In this document: positions 14,262-24,071 of the stretch, piece after piece | How the letters are laid out: each line of letters opens with the position of its first letter | How positions within the stretch are numbered: position 1 is the stretch's first letter | Source: a virus | Taxonomy: Duplodnaviria; Caudoviricetes | IMG/VR virus record: IMGVR_UViG_3300037440_000161 | Span: 1 to 24,560 of that record | Direction: 5' to 3' (one strand) | DNA: 24,560 bases | Made by a program: the position numbers and the translations under genes | Notes under the pieces: generated by a model | The model's database searches: none | Told to the model about the DNA's origin: nothing | The model's input: the letters and a program-made list of their open reading frames with translations, nothing else

Positions 14262-15483
14262 TTTCGTCTTAAAAACCCTTCATCCCAAACAGGATTTTAT
14301 TGTCAAGAACGCCCGAAGATTCAACCATTTAAGGTGCGGCAGAAGGTTCGGAAAGACTACCTTAATCGAAGAACTGTGTTCAATTACCCTGTCCGGGAAG
14401 CTGGTAGGCGTCTGGTTTCCCACCTACAAGGACTTATCCGAAGTCTGGAAGGACATAAAGAAAACGTACAATTCGGTCATATCCCGCAAGGACGAAACCC
14501 TAAAGCAGATAGAACTCTCAACGGGTGGTCTTATGGACTTCTGGTCTATGGATCAGCCGGAGTCTGGACAGGGACGAAAGTATCACCGGGCGATAATAGA
14601 CGAGGCCGCCAAAGCCGAAAAGCTGTACCAGTCATGGGAGAACACGATCAGGCCAACCCTGACGGACTACCGGGGCGATGCCTTCATCCTGAGCAGACCA
14701 AAGGGTAAAACGAATGGGTTCTATCAGCTTGAAGAAAAGCACAGAAAGTTCGCTAACTGGGCTTTCTACCACTTCACAACCTACGATAACCCATTCATTG
14801 AAGTCGAGGAAATAGAGGAAGCCCGCCAGCAACTGGATGAATTCACCTTCAGGCAAGAGTATTTAGCCGAATACGTAGACGCTAACGACAGACCATTCCT
14901 TTACGCATTCACTGAAAAGAAGCATGTTGTGGACTCATATGTTGCCAACCCTCATTTGCCCATAGTTGTTTCCTTTGACTTCAACCGTAACCCGATGACG
15001 GCCATTGTAGGCCAGCAGACAGACATCAGGACTCTGTACATATTCGACGAGGTGGATCTGCCTGACGGCTCTACAGAGGAAACGTGTGAGATCATCAGGG
15101 CCAGGTATCCGGGGTATCAGATAGAGGTAACAGGGGATGCCACGGGTCGCAGCAGGACCGCCATGACGCGCGGGAACCTAAATCATTACCGAATCATCAG
15201 GCAGGAGCTGAGCCTTAAAGACAGGGATTTACGGGTAAGGAACGCCAATCTAGCTATAAGAGATTCCAGGGTGCTTTGTAACTCAGTGCTTCAGAACGCC
15301 AATGTCTACATCGCCAAAAAGTGCGAAATCACCATAAGAGACTGCGCAAAAGCCGCCGTGGACGAATTCGGCCAATTGATCAAGAACGAGGCCAACCCGC
15401 TACACAAGTTCGACTCCTTCCGTTACCTGATAGACTGCATATTCGCTGACTTCATAACCAATCCCCACCGCTACCAGCGGTAA
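14242..15483 (+). CDS. terL: terminase large subunit
   Basis: Walker A CGRRFGKT, Walker B AIIDEA, FRQEYLAE, RNase-H-like SFDFN and H.FDSFRY. Confidence 0.95.
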   Translation: MSCIEIDFVLKTLHPKQDFIVKNARRFNHLRCGRRFGKTTLIEELCSITLSGKLVGVWFPTYKDLSEVWKDIKKTYNSVISRKDETLKQIELSTGGLMDFWSMDQPESGQGRKYHRAIIDEAAKAEKLYQSWENTIRPTLTDYRGDAFILSRPKGKTNGFYQLEEKHRKFANWAFYHFTTYDNPFIEVEEIEEARQQLDEFTFRQEYLAEYVDANDRPFLYAFTEKKHVVDSYVANPHLPIVVSFDFNRNPMTAIVGQQTDIRTLYIFDEVDLPDGSTEETCEIIRARYPGYQIEVTGDATGRSRTAMTRGNLNHYRIIRQELSLKDRDLRVRNANLAIRDSRVLCNSVLQNANVYIAKKCEITIRDCAKAAVDEFGQLIKNEANPLHKFDSFRYLIDCIFADFITNPHRYQR

Positions 15484-15501
15484 ATTTTTCCTGAAATAAT
15501 T

Positions 15502-15554
15502 GTCTACACGAGTAAACGGTTACAGATATTTACTATCTTGTGCCTACACTCGTA
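15502..15554 (+). promoter_or_regulatory. candidate promoter/operator of glycan operon
   Basis: TACACGAGTA (15505) and TACACTCGTA (15545) flank -7-like TATCTTGT (15534). Confidence 0.4.
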
Positions 15555-15557
15555 CCC

Positions 15558-15698
15558 ATGAAAACAATCAATAAGACCAGGATTTTCAAGTTTCGGATAG
15601 GGGAGCTGGATTATCGGCAGCTTGTCCGGCAGGCTGAGGGGGCAGGATTAACTGTCAGTGAATATTTACGAAGGCTCATAATTCTGGATAGCAAATGA
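15558..15698 (+). CDS. ribbon-helix-helix regulator (46 aa; not in ORF track)
   Basis: MKTINKTRIFKFRIGELDYRQLVRQAEGAGLTVSEYLRRLIILDSK; ATGA overlap with next gene. Confidence 0.8.
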   Translation: MKTINKTRIFKFRIGELDYRQLVRQAEGAGLTVSEYLRRLIILDSK

Positions 15699-16246
15699 CC
15701 TGCCACATCATAGCATCAGGAGAAACAGCAAAACATTGGGATGGTTCTGGCTTTTCAATCGGCGTGAACGATGCCGCTAAATGGGGGCACAAATTGAACT
15801 GGTTAGTCGTGATCAACCACCCTTCCAAGTTCTCGAACGAACCCGAGCGCCTGAAGACAATCAAGAACTCAACACCTGAACGGTTCTTTTCTCATACCGA
15901 GGCATGGCGAGGCAATTTCCCATTCATGCAAAAAATCAGGTTAACACGGCCATACGGAAGACTCAGGAGAGGGGTGTATTATCATTCGTCAACCTCACCG
16001 TATTGCGCAATGTCAGTAGCATTCACTCACTTGGACAACCTGAAAGAGTTGGTATTGTGGGGGGTTGACTTCACGAACCACAAAGTATTCCATCCGAAGT
16101 CCAGGAGCCACCGGCCCGAGATAGAGGCTTATAAAAAGTTATGTGATGGCTTGAGTAAGCACGGCATTGAAATATACTTAGGTGCACCTGGGTCCGCCCT
16201 CGAATCATTTCTAAAGGTAAAAGAATGGAAGAAAGTTTATTCGTAG
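15695..16246 (+). CDS. sialyltransferase/DUF115(MptE)-like glycosyltransferase
   Basis: CHIIASGET, IGVN, STSPYCA, LWGVDF motifs. Confidence 0.55.
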   Translation: MTCHIIASGETAKHWDGSGFSIGVNDAAKWGHKLNWLVVINHPSKFSNEPERLKTIKNSTPERFFSHTEAWRGNFPFMQKIRLTRPYGRLRRGVYYHSSTSPYCAMSVAFTHLDNLKELVLWGVDFTNHKVFHPKSRSHRPEIEAYKKLCDGLSKHGIEIYLGAPGSALESFLKVKEWKKVYS

Positions 16247-16431
16247 CCACTGTCCTATACAGGAAAACATTGCTCGGACCCAACGGACAGCCCAACCCTA
16301 CACGGCAGACTATCCGGATAATCAAGGCCAGTGACAGAAAGAGCGCAGCCGAGAAGTTGCAAAAGTTCTGGAAAGAGAAGATGGTAAGTTTTAGCCCTAT
16401 CTCAAGTGAAATAACTGATCTGATCGAATGA
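16225..16431 (+). CDS. hypothetical protein
   Basis: Coupled ORF in operon. Confidence 0.6.
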   Translation: MEESLFVATVLYRKTLLGPNGQPNPTRQTIRIIKASDRKSAAEKLQKFWKEKMVSFSPISSEITDLIE

Positions 16432-16619
16432 AGAAAGAGATCGACATATACGTTAACATTTATGAGAAGGTGGCAGGAGATGATTATGGACTTGTTCATT
16501 ACGGACAGATCCATCTATCGGAAAAGGAAGCCAAAAGCGTTGCCAGGGATAGGACTTATCCTGAGAAGTTACGATACCTGTTCACATTGAAATATAAGGC
16601 TGAAAAGCTATTTCCATGA
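16428..16619 (+). CDS. hypothetical protein
   Basis: ATGA overlaps at both ends. Confidence 0.6.
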   Translation: MKKEIDIYVNIYEKVAGDDYGLVHYGQIHLSEKEAKSVARDRTYPEKLRYLFTLKYKAEKLFP

Positions 16620-17257
16620 CTTTTTGCGCCATCACCCCTACCCGTGGGGATCGCCCCGAACTACTTCAGCACTGCAAATGGCAAGTGTCACGCATGACTG
16701 TGAAACCGGCAAAGCACTACATAATAGATTACCGACCACTAACGCATGAGAAGGACTTGGTGCAAAGACTTCGCGCAGGAATATCACTTGCCAGGGAGGA
16801 CGGCTTTGATTTCGCTTTCATTGTGGAAGACGACGACTACTATAATGACAACTATTTTGAGGCTATGTCCGACGGTACATGGGACTTTATTGGCGACGAC
16901 AGAACCATATACTACCACATCAGAAGCAACGGTTATGCAATAGAGAACCACCACTGGCGTGCATCACTGTTCACGACAGGGTTTCGTATATCGGCCCTAG
17001 ATGGGTTTGACTGGACAAGATTAAAACCAGGTACGGTGTTCGCTGACATCGCCCTGTGGGAGTTTGCACGAAGGAGAAGCAAGACGCATTTTGTTAAAAC
17101 CGGTGCCATCGGCATCAAGCATGGAATAGGTCTAACAGGAGGCATCGGCCATCGGCAAAGGTACAAGAACTTCGATAAGGATTGGTCTTTCCTTGCCTCA
17201 AAGGTGGACGCTCACAGCCTTGAATTTTATAAGTCACTTCAATTACAGATAGCATGA
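16616..17257 (+). CDS. GT-A fold glycosyltransferase (GT2-like)
   Basis: AITPTRGDRPELL; FIVEDDDYY. Confidence 0.75.
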   Translation: MTFCAITPTRGDRPELLQHCKWQVSRMTVKPAKHYIIDYRPLTHEKDLVQRLRAGISLAREDGFDFAFIVEDDDYYNDNYFEAMSDGTWDFIGDDRTIYYHIRSNGYAIENHHWRASLFTTGFRISALDGFDWTRLKPGTVFADIALWEFARRRSKTHFVKTGAIGIKHGIGLTGGIGHRQRYKNFDKDWSFLASKVDAHSLEFYKSLQLQIA

Positions 17258-17577
17258 CAGAAGTAATAACACCACAAGAAGCAATTGCCCAAGATGGGGA
17301 TCAAATGTTTGTCGATCGCATAATATCGGAAGTAAATTCCTGCATCAAGCGTAGGGAATTCCATTATAATTCCTCTCGCAGTAATTGGTTTGTTATAAAT
17401 GTTAATTCGTATAATCACGATGACGAAATATTGTCTAAAGTGGTAGATGAGCTAAAGTCTAAGGGATGGGATGCACAATATGATAGTGGCTATTGCGGTC
17501 ACGGCCCATTCATGTGCATCAAAATAAAGACAAACGAATATAACCCACAGACCATAAAATACAAGCAAACACAGTGA
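17254..17577 (+). CDS. hypothetical protein
   Basis: Coupled ORF; lower GC by eye. Confidence 0.6.
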   Translation: MTEVITPQEAIAQDGDQMFVDRIISEVNSCIKRREFHYNSSRSNWFVINVNSYNHDDEILSKVVDELKSKGWDAQYDSGYCGHGPFMCIKIKTNEYNPQTIKYKQTQ

Positions 17578-18266
17578 TCTCCCTGCTCCACCCTACACGC
17601 TCCCGACCTGAGAAATCTCAGCAAACAACAGCTATGTGGCTACGCAGGGCAAAGGAACCGGTACAGTTAATTGTGTCTTTGGACGCCGACGATCCGACTC
17701 TGAAGCAATACCAAGCCATCTACCCAGGCGTCATAATAAATCCAAACAAATCAGCGGTGGAAGCCGTGAACATAGCTGCAAAACACGCTATCGGGGATAT
17801 AATGATAGTTCTTTCTGACGATACTGAGTGTCCGCCATCATGGGATCTTGCTATCCGTAGGGCTGTAGGCGATAAGAAGGATTACGTCTTAAAAGTCAAT
17901 GACGGCATACAGAACTGGATAGTAACCATGCCTATACTGGACCGGGAATACTACAACCGATTTGGGTACATCTATCACCCGGCTTATTCTCATATGTTTT
18001 GCGACACGTTTTTCACCCATGTAGCGGACGCGCTGAAAAGAATAATTTGGCGCAATGACATAACCTTCCGGCACTGTCATTATTCGGTAATGAAACGCAG
18101 GCCCGACAACGTAAACAGACGCGCGGATTCCACGTGGAATGAAGGCAAGCGGACATATTTGAGGATGCTTCGTGATAACCTGGGACTTCCGTCAGAAGTC
18201 AATATTATGAGGCTTTCACGATACGGTAACGAGCATTTACGGTGGATAGCAAAGAACAGAAGATGA
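17574..18266 (+). CDS. GT2-like glycosyltransferase
   Basis: ISLLHPTRSRP; VLSDD; FCDT. Confidence 0.8.
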   Translation: MISLLHPTRSRPEKSQQTTAMWLRRAKEPVQLIVSLDADDPTLKQYQAIYPGVIINPNKSAVEAVNIAAKHAIGDIMIVLSDDTECPPSWDLAIRRAVGDKKDYVLKVNDGIQNWIVTMPILDREYYNRFGYIYHPAYSHMFCDTFFTHVADALKRIIWRNDITFRHCHYSVMKRRPDNVNRRADSTWNEGKRTYLRMLRDNLGLPSEVNIMRLSRYGNEHLRWIAKNRR

Positions 18267-18808
18267 AACTCTCTATCCTGATACCGCACCTTAAATCTTA
18301 CGATCTTTATCTGGAGAGGTTGCGAGGCATCCTTGACCCGCAACTGAGCAGCGATATTGAACTTATAATATTCACCGACTACGGAGAGTGGACAATAGGA
18401 GCAAAAAGGAACTGGTTACTGCACCGAGCCAAAGGTGAGTACGTTTGTTTCATAGACTCTGACGATGTGGTAAGCGCGGATTACATTAAATTGGTGATGG
18501 CCGGGATAGCTAACGGCGTTGATTGCTGCTCACTAACGGGCGAGATTACAGACGACGGCAAGAACCCACGAAAATTCGTGCACTCCATGATGTTCAATTC
18601 CTGGTATGAGAAGAACGGCGTTTACAGGCGGCCACCCAACCACCTCAACACTATAAAGGCCAGCATCGCAAAGCAGATAGAATTCCCTGATAAGAAGCAC
18701 GGAGAGGATCATGTGTGGAGCGACAAACTGAAGAAAGCTAACCTGATCAGAACAGAGCACTGGATTGAATCTACCATATATTACTACCTACACCGCAACA
18801 ACAAATGA
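18263..18808 (+). CDS. GT2 glycosyltransferase
   Basis: LSILIP; GAKRN..L..AKGEYVCFIDSDD; GED; start ATG 18263. Confidence 0.9.
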   Translation: MKLSILIPHLKSYDLYLERLRGILDPQLSSDIELIIFTDYGEWTIGAKRNWLLHRAKGEYVCFIDSDDVVSADYIKLVMAGIANGVDCCSLTGEITDDGKNPRKFVHSMMFNSWYEKNGVYRRPPNHLNTIKASIAKQIEFPDKKHGEDHVWSDKLKKANLIRTEHWIESTIYYYLHRNNK

Positions 18809-19659
18809 AAGCAGTCTCTTACGCGATCTTCGGCTATAACCGCCACATGCAGAACTCCTACCAGTTCGACACCTACATGCGCGGGCTATGGGTAAACTTC
18901 AGGGTGAACAGGGTGCTGTATCCCGATTGGCAGACGGTGGTAATCACCGATGCAGACACGTATCACGGTGGCCCCTACAGGGCGCTGTTTGAGTACATGG
19001 TTAAACAAGGTGCGGCGGTTGACTACAACAATGGAAACGAGTCTTTATGTCTGTCTATGTTGTGGAGGCTGAAGCCTGCTTTCTTGCGTTATCGTGAAGA
19101 TAAATGCCTTTTCTCACATGTCATTTGCCGCGACTGTGAATCCATAGGAACATACCGTGAAGCCCAAATGGTGCAGGAATGGATAACTGAAGATAAAACT
19201 TTGCACTGTATCACCGATTCCATAAGCCACAATATCCCAATGATGGGGGGCATGGTAGGGTTTCGCCCTGCTTACTTGTCTCAAAGGATGGGCGTTAATA
19301 CCTGGGACCAGCTCATGGCGCTGAATCCAGGCATAGACTTCAACCGCAAGGGATCAGATCAGGACTTTATGAATCGGATAATGTACCCCAAACTCGCTGA
19401 CAGCGCAACCGAACACTTCATTTTGGGAATGAAGCAGACAATCACCCCTACAGGGGGCAGGCATTACGATGTACCGGATATTGAAGTTGAAGGCGTTGAT
19501 CCTATCCATAAGTCATTGAATGATTGCGCCGGGCACGTTGGGGCATCAGGGTTTTATGACCCGCCTATGATCAAATGGCTGAACGAAACCGACCCCAACA
19601 GGGATGAGTACGCAGATATTGAAAGACAGTTTCCACAGATATGCTTTTGGAGAAAATGA
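18805..19659 (+). CDS. putative GT-A glycosyltransferase
   Basis: VSYAIFG, MLWRL.P, CRDCES (DxD-like), MMGGMVG, DQDFM. Confidence 0.6.
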   Translation: MKAVSYAIFGYNRHMQNSYQFDTYMRGLWVNFRVNRVLYPDWQTVVITDADTYHGGPYRALFEYMVKQGAAVDYNNGNESLCLSMLWRLKPAFLRYREDKCLFSHVICRDCESIGTYREAQMVQEWITEDKTLHCITDSISHNIPMMGGMVGFRPAYLSQRMGVNTWDQLMALNPGIDFNRKGSDQDFMNRIMYPKLADSATEHFILGMKQTITPTGGRHYDVPDIEVEGVDPIHKSLNDCAGHVGASGFYDPPMIKWLNETDPNRDEYADIERQFPQICFWRK

Positions 19660-20165
19660 TCTACCCTAAAGAAAATTGGCTGACAAACGACGAGCACGGA
19701 ATTCAGATGCCGTGGTACACAAGGCCGTGTTTGGAGGTCATGAATAAATGGGACTTTAAAGACAAGGTAATATTTGAGTATGGCGTTGGGTATTCGACTT
19801 TGTGGTATCGTTCGCGCGGGGCGATATGCTTCGGGGTAGATATGAATAATCATTGGTACAGTATAGTTTATAACTATGATTTAAGGATGGCTTTGGCTTT
19901 TAATGAGGGGCAATATTTATCATGTATAAATGATTATAAAACGGTGTACGATATTGTCATTATTGACGGCAACTTCCGCGACGACTGCACCGAATACGCT
20001 TTGCGGAACCTTAAACCAGGCGGCAAACTTATCCTTGACAACTGGCTACAGCCTGAAGTAGAGGAATTCTGGCCTAAGACTGAAGCCCTCATTAAAGGAA
20101 TGCCTATTGAAATATACAAAGAACCGGAGCACGCCAATTGGCAAACAGCAATTGTAACCGTATGA
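19656..20165 (+). CDS. class I SAM-dependent methyltransferase
   Basis: IFEYGVGYSTLW; YDIVIIDG; LKPGGKLILDN. Confidence 0.85.
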   Translation: MIYPKENWLTNDEHGIQMPWYTRPCLEVMNKWDFKDKVIFEYGVGYSTLWYRSRGAICFGVDMNNHWYSIVYNYDLRMALAFNEGQYLSCINDYKTVYDIVIIDGNFRDDCTEYALRNLKPGGKLILDNWLQPEVEEFWPKTEALIKGMPIEIYKEPEHANWQTAIVTV

Positions 20166-20953
20166 AAAAGTATGTCATCCTTTCAGTCAATGATAACCCG
20201 GATTACCTGTACTTTGTGCCACTGACTTTTTGGGCATGGGAGCGCTTGGGATGGAGTGCGGTTTTGTTATTCCACGGAAAGATTGACGAAAGATTAGGTC
20301 TTATTGTTACTGGTCCATCGGATTTTAGAAACTATGATAACATTGGACAAATTGACGGCTACCGATCCGACACGATTACTCAAGTCTCCCGCCTCTATGC
20401 AGCCTGCAAATACGATGGCTACCTGATGACCGGAGACATTGATATGCTGCCCCTATCTGACTACTGGAAACCCAATGGAGGTATAAGCGTATGGGGTCAC
20501 GACCTTACAGGATACACACATTTTCCGATATGTTACATCGGCATGGATTCCGCAAAGTGGCGACAGGTTATGAACATTGAGAATGGAAATATTGAGTATC
20601 ATATCAAAAGGGATTTGGATTCAATGCCAGACGCCAAAAGCACTGACTTTAATAAATTTTGGTATACGGATCAGGAGTTAATTACCCGAAGGCTAAAGAA
20701 GTTCAACCCAACAATCATTAACCGGGGCCAGTATCCTAACGGGTTCGCTCGGGGAAGGGTAGACCGTGGAGCCTGGACACTGGATCACCGGGAATTCATC
20801 GACTGCCACATGCACCACCAGATTTATCACAAGGGTAGGGAATGGAAGTTTGAGCAGACAATGGAAATGTTGAAGAAGGTATGGCCGGATGAGGACTTTA
20901 CATGGTTTGTCGAGTATCATAATGAGTTTAAAAAGCTAACAGGACACATATGA
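20162..20953 (+). CDS. putative GT-A glycosyltransferase
   Basis: YLYFVP...W; TGDIDMLPL (DxD); WYTDQ. Confidence 0.6.
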   Translation: MKKYVILSVNDNPDYLYFVPLTFWAWERLGWSAVLLFHGKIDERLGLIVTGPSDFRNYDNIGQIDGYRSDTITQVSRLYAACKYDGYLMTGDIDMLPLSDYWKPNGGISVWGHDLTGYTHFPICYIGMDSAKWRQVMNIENGNIEYHIKRDLDSMPDAKSTDFNKFWYTDQELITRRLKKFNPTIINRGQYPNGFARGRVDRGAWTLDHREFIDCHMHHQIYHKGREWKFEQTMEMLKKVWPDEDFTWFVEYHNEFKKLTGHI

Positions 20954-21141
20954 AAAAGTACATAGCAAAATTTCTGCAATGGTGCCTGTACCGATTGGGG
21001 TATACCGAGACGTACGTTCGGCGAAATACAGTTGAAATCAACGTAACAACTAACGCTGATGAGGCGCTGAAAAAATTACAAAAGCTAACCCATGAGGCAG
21101 AAAGACTTGTCGAATTAAACGAAAAACTTGGCATAAAATGA
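20950..21141 (+). CDS. hypothetical protein
   Basis: ATGA overlaps at both ends. Confidence 0.6.
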   Translation: MKKYIAKFLQWCLYRLGYTETYVRRNTVEINVTTNADEALKKLQKLTHEAERLVELNEKLGIK

Positions 21142-21650
21142 TAATAGGAAACGGAAGCCTCGCTAAGTTACTGAAAGACCGGGAAGGGGCTATTCTGTTT
21201 GCGTCAGGAGTGGGCAATAGTCTATGCGATGACAATGATTTATACGATAAGGAACGAAACGACATTCGTAGGGCTTACTTTCTGATGGGCGAAAAAAGCA
21301 AAGTATGTTTTTTCTATTTCAGTACAATATCGGTATTCACGCAGAACACCAGATACACAAAGCACAAGGAAGAAATGGAGCGGTACGTTGATTTCTACTT
21401 CCACAACTACAACATCATCCGGCTAGGTAACATCTGGGAATGTACCAACCCTCACACCTTCCGGAATGCCATAAAAACCAAACAAGCCAGAGCAACCATG
21501 ATACCTTCAGAGCCCGTAGAAATTCGCGACGAATGGAAATACATGATACACGCCGATCAGTTGAACATGGTGGTCCAGGGAATGCCCTTAACCGGGAAGA
21601 ATGAAATCAGTATCTTTGACCAGATGTTAAAGGTAAAGGATTGCTTATGA
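21138..21650 (+). CDS. short NAD-dependent epimerase/dehydratase-like (SDR) protein
   Basis: MIIGNG, FASGV.NS, YFST, YTKHK (YxxxK). Confidence 0.7.
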   Translation: MIIGNGSLAKLLKDREGAILFASGVGNSLCDDNDLYDKERNDIRRAYFLMGEKSKVCFFYFSTISVFTQNTRYTKHKEEMERYVDFYFHNYNIIRLGNIWECTNPHTFRNAIKTKQARATMIPSEPVEIRDEWKYMIHADQLNMVVQGMPLTGKNEISIFDQMLKVKDCL

Positions 21651-21784
21651 AAAACTACATATTGACGCTTATCGGCTACGTAATCGCCGGCGCATTGCTG
21701 ATACTCATTAGTTCGTCCTTCGGGTTTGAGGTAGCTGTTCTGATTGCCCTGGCTGGTATATTCGTTAACACTCTTGATAAATGA
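21647..21784 (+). CDS. 45-aa two-TM membrane peptide (not in ORF track)
   Basis: MKNYILTLIGYVIAGALLILISSSFGFEVAVLIALAGIFVNTLDK; ATGA overlaps at both ends. Confidence 0.65.
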   Translation: MKNYILTLIGYVIAGALLILISSSFGFEVAVLIALAGIFVNTLDK

Positions 21785-22419
21785 GCCCGGCCTTTGTGTG
21801 CGTAGCTTTCGGCCCCCTGTACGTTGAGCAGCAAAAACGGCTTAAAGAAAGTATCCTTTCTATCTATCCGGATGCGCCCTTGTTTTTCTGGACTGACGAA
21901 CTACCGAATGGATCGCAGACATTCCAGAAGTCACTATACGGATTCAAACCACACGCAGTAAATGCAGCACTTGAAAAAGGGTATAAGCAGATAGTATTCT
22001 TTGATCCGGCTGTTATCCTAACCGATAGGGTTGATTTCTATCAAAATGTAATCCATGAATACGGGGTAATTGCCGTTCCTGATGCGAACAAGCTGCACAG
22101 GTTCTGTTATAAAAAAGCCCTTGATCACTTCAGTTTGACAAAACACGATATAATGGACTGGCACCTGGTGGGGGGTAGCTTCTATTACTTCGACTTCGAT
22201 TTACCGTTATGTCATACGATCTTCAATAAGTGGATTGATGCTGAAAGGTTGGGGTTATTCGGGTCGCAGCAGGAACAGGCGAGCGAACGACTACACGGAC
22301 ACCGTAGCGACGAGGCTATAATGGCGCTGGCGCTGTATACGAGCGGCAGTAGGCCTATGTCAGGGTTGACAAGGTATAATTGTGAAGGTGGAGTCACACT
22401 TAAAAAACACTTCAAGTAG
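21781..22419 (+). CDS. putative nucleotide-diphospho-sugar transferase
   Basis: YGFKP, IVFFDPA, GHRSDEA (variant of HRHDQS). Confidence 0.6.
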   Translation: MSPAFVCVAFGPLYVEQQKRLKESILSIYPDAPLFFWTDELPNGSQTFQKSLYGFKPHAVNAALEKGYKQIVFFDPAVILTDRVDFYQNVIHEYGVIAVPDANKLHRFCYKKALDHFSLTKHDIMDWHLVGGSFYYFDFDLPLCHTIFNKWIDAERLGLFGSQQEQASERLHGHRSDEAIMALALYTSGSRPMSGLTRYNCEGGVTLKKHFK

Positions 22420-22614
22420 ATGGGAAAGGTCGTTGACATTGATGATAATATACCACACAAAGTATCAGAAGTGATTTGTGTTCGTTGTGGATGGCGGTGG
22501 CTGGCCGTACGCCCGACTGTGACGCGACTAAAGGCTTTGGAATGCCCGGATTGTACAAATCAGGGATACGTAATTGAAACAGGCGAAATATTAGAACCCG
22601 AAAAAGATGATTGA
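22420..22614 (+). CDS. small zinc-ribbon protein
   Basis: CVRC...CPDC. Confidence 0.65.
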   Translation: MGKVVDIDDNIPHKVSEVICVRCGWRWLAVRPTVTRLKALECPDCTNQGYVIETGEILEPEKDD

Positions 22615-23206
22615 AGTCATAGCGGAACATAGCGTCGAGATGTCGTTACTTAAAGGAATAAATGCGAACATACTCGATTTAGGGTGCAGAGGATTTGAAT
22701 TCACAGATCACCTAAGGGCGATAGGTCACACGGTCATTCCTGTTGATATCGATCATCTTTACTCAGGTGACCTTGGGTACTATCAGATCGCTATATCAGA
22801 TTTCAATGGCAAGGTGGTAATAAAAAGGGACGCCGACCCCCAGGCTACCAGGATTGCCCGAAATGAAGTTCCCATACCAAATCCAGCAGGATCAGGCACT
22901 ACATCAGTTGAATGCTGCACGCTGGAAGTATTTTCTCAAAGTTTAATGGTGGACTTTTGGGACCTCATCAAAATGGACATTGAAGGTAGCGAGCGCGAAG
23001 TAATTATGTCAATGAATCGCCCCATGGCGAAGCAACTAAGCATTGAGTTCCACCTTCACACCGGAGTCTACGGTATCCAACAAGTCAAAGAAATGGAGGA
23101 CAAACTAACCTCATTAGGCTACTATCCAGCTAAACACGATATGACAAGACAGCACGGATTAGGAATGAACTATTGGGACTCTCTTTGGATAGTTAAAGGA
23201 TTTTGA
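22607..23206 (+). CDS. FkbM-family methyltransferase
   Basis: ILDLGC, AISD..G, DLIKMDIEGSE, QLSIEFH. Confidence 0.85.
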   Translation: MIEVIAEHSVEMSLLKGINANILDLGCRGFEFTDHLRAIGHTVIPVDIDHLYSGDLGYYQIAISDFNGKVVIKRDADPQATRIARNEVPIPNPAGSGTTSVECCTLEVFSQSLMVDFWDLIKMDIEGSEREVIMSMNRPMAKQLSIEFHLHTGVYGIQQVKEMEDKLTSLGYYPAKHDMTRQHGLGMNYWDSLWIVKGF

Positions 23207-23234
23207 TTGTCCTGATTTTACCAATGATACTGCA

Positions 23235-24071
23235 ATGAACCCCCTTCATGAAGACCAAATACATGCCCCGGCGTTTCAAAGGATATGTGATTACATTTGG
23301 AGTCCAGACCCTAATTGTGCATATGTAAACTCTGTGATACGTGAACACAACCCTAACCTTAAAATATTCAATGCCGAACGACCATTAAACGGAAAGGGTG
23401 TAATCTTTGTAGGCCAATGCCAACTCATAGAAACGTGCTTTAAATCCATCCCTGAAGAAGGAAGTTATATTGTAATCCACCGCACGAACGACAGATCATT
23501 TACTGAAGGAATGTATAAGAAGAAGCCACAGAGCGTTAAGCACATCTATACCGTTGATTGCGGGGTAAATTATCCCGATGTCTCAGCTATACCGATAGGA
23601 CTCGCGACCATAACGGGAGAGGATGAGGTTATAAAAAAGATAGCTGCCGAAGCCGTGGAGCCAGCCAAAACCAAAGTATTTGTACGGTACAATGTTAACC
23701 GTAGCGGGTATACAAAAGAGCGTATCGAATCCCTGACAAAGTTACGATCACTGCCTTTTTGCAAGGCCATCGAGCATCAAATACCAGCAGATCAATTCTT
23801 TAGACAGATCAAAGCCCACAGGTTCACAATGAGCCTGAGAGGGCAAGGTGCGGATGCTATGCGTACCTGGCAGGCCATTGCATTGGGTTCTATTCCAATT
23901 GTGAGTGACTGCATTGAAATGAGGCATTTTGAAGACCTCCCAATACTTTACTATAACGGAAATATAACTGAGGAATGGTTGGACAGTCAATCAATATCAG
24001 GGAAAAGCACTAAGCGAATGCGTATGAGCTATTGGAACGAGCACGTAAGCAAAAATAAGGCACAGCTATGA
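23235..24071 (+). CDS. exostosin/GT47-like glycosyltransferase
   Basis: FTMSLRGQGADAMRTWQAIALGSIPIV. Confidence 0.65.
   Translation: MNPLHEDQIHAPAFQRICDYIWSPDPNCAYVNSVIREHNPNLKIFNAERPLNGKGVIFVGQCQLIETCFKSIPEEGSYIVIHRTNDRSFTEGMYKKKPQSVKHIYTVDCGVNYPDVSAIPIGLATITGEDEVIKKIAAEAVEPAKTKVFVRYNVNRSGYTKERIESLTKLRSLPFCKAIEHQIPADQFFRQIKAHRFTMSLRGQGADAMRTWQAIALGSIPIVSDCIEMRHFEDLPILYYNGNITEEWLDSQSISGKSTKRMRMSYWNEHVSKNKAQL

Noticed and set aside
19840-19940. AT-rich patch inside the methyltransferase
   Set aside because: The frame is intact and there are no boundary repeats; consistent with a variable loop region.
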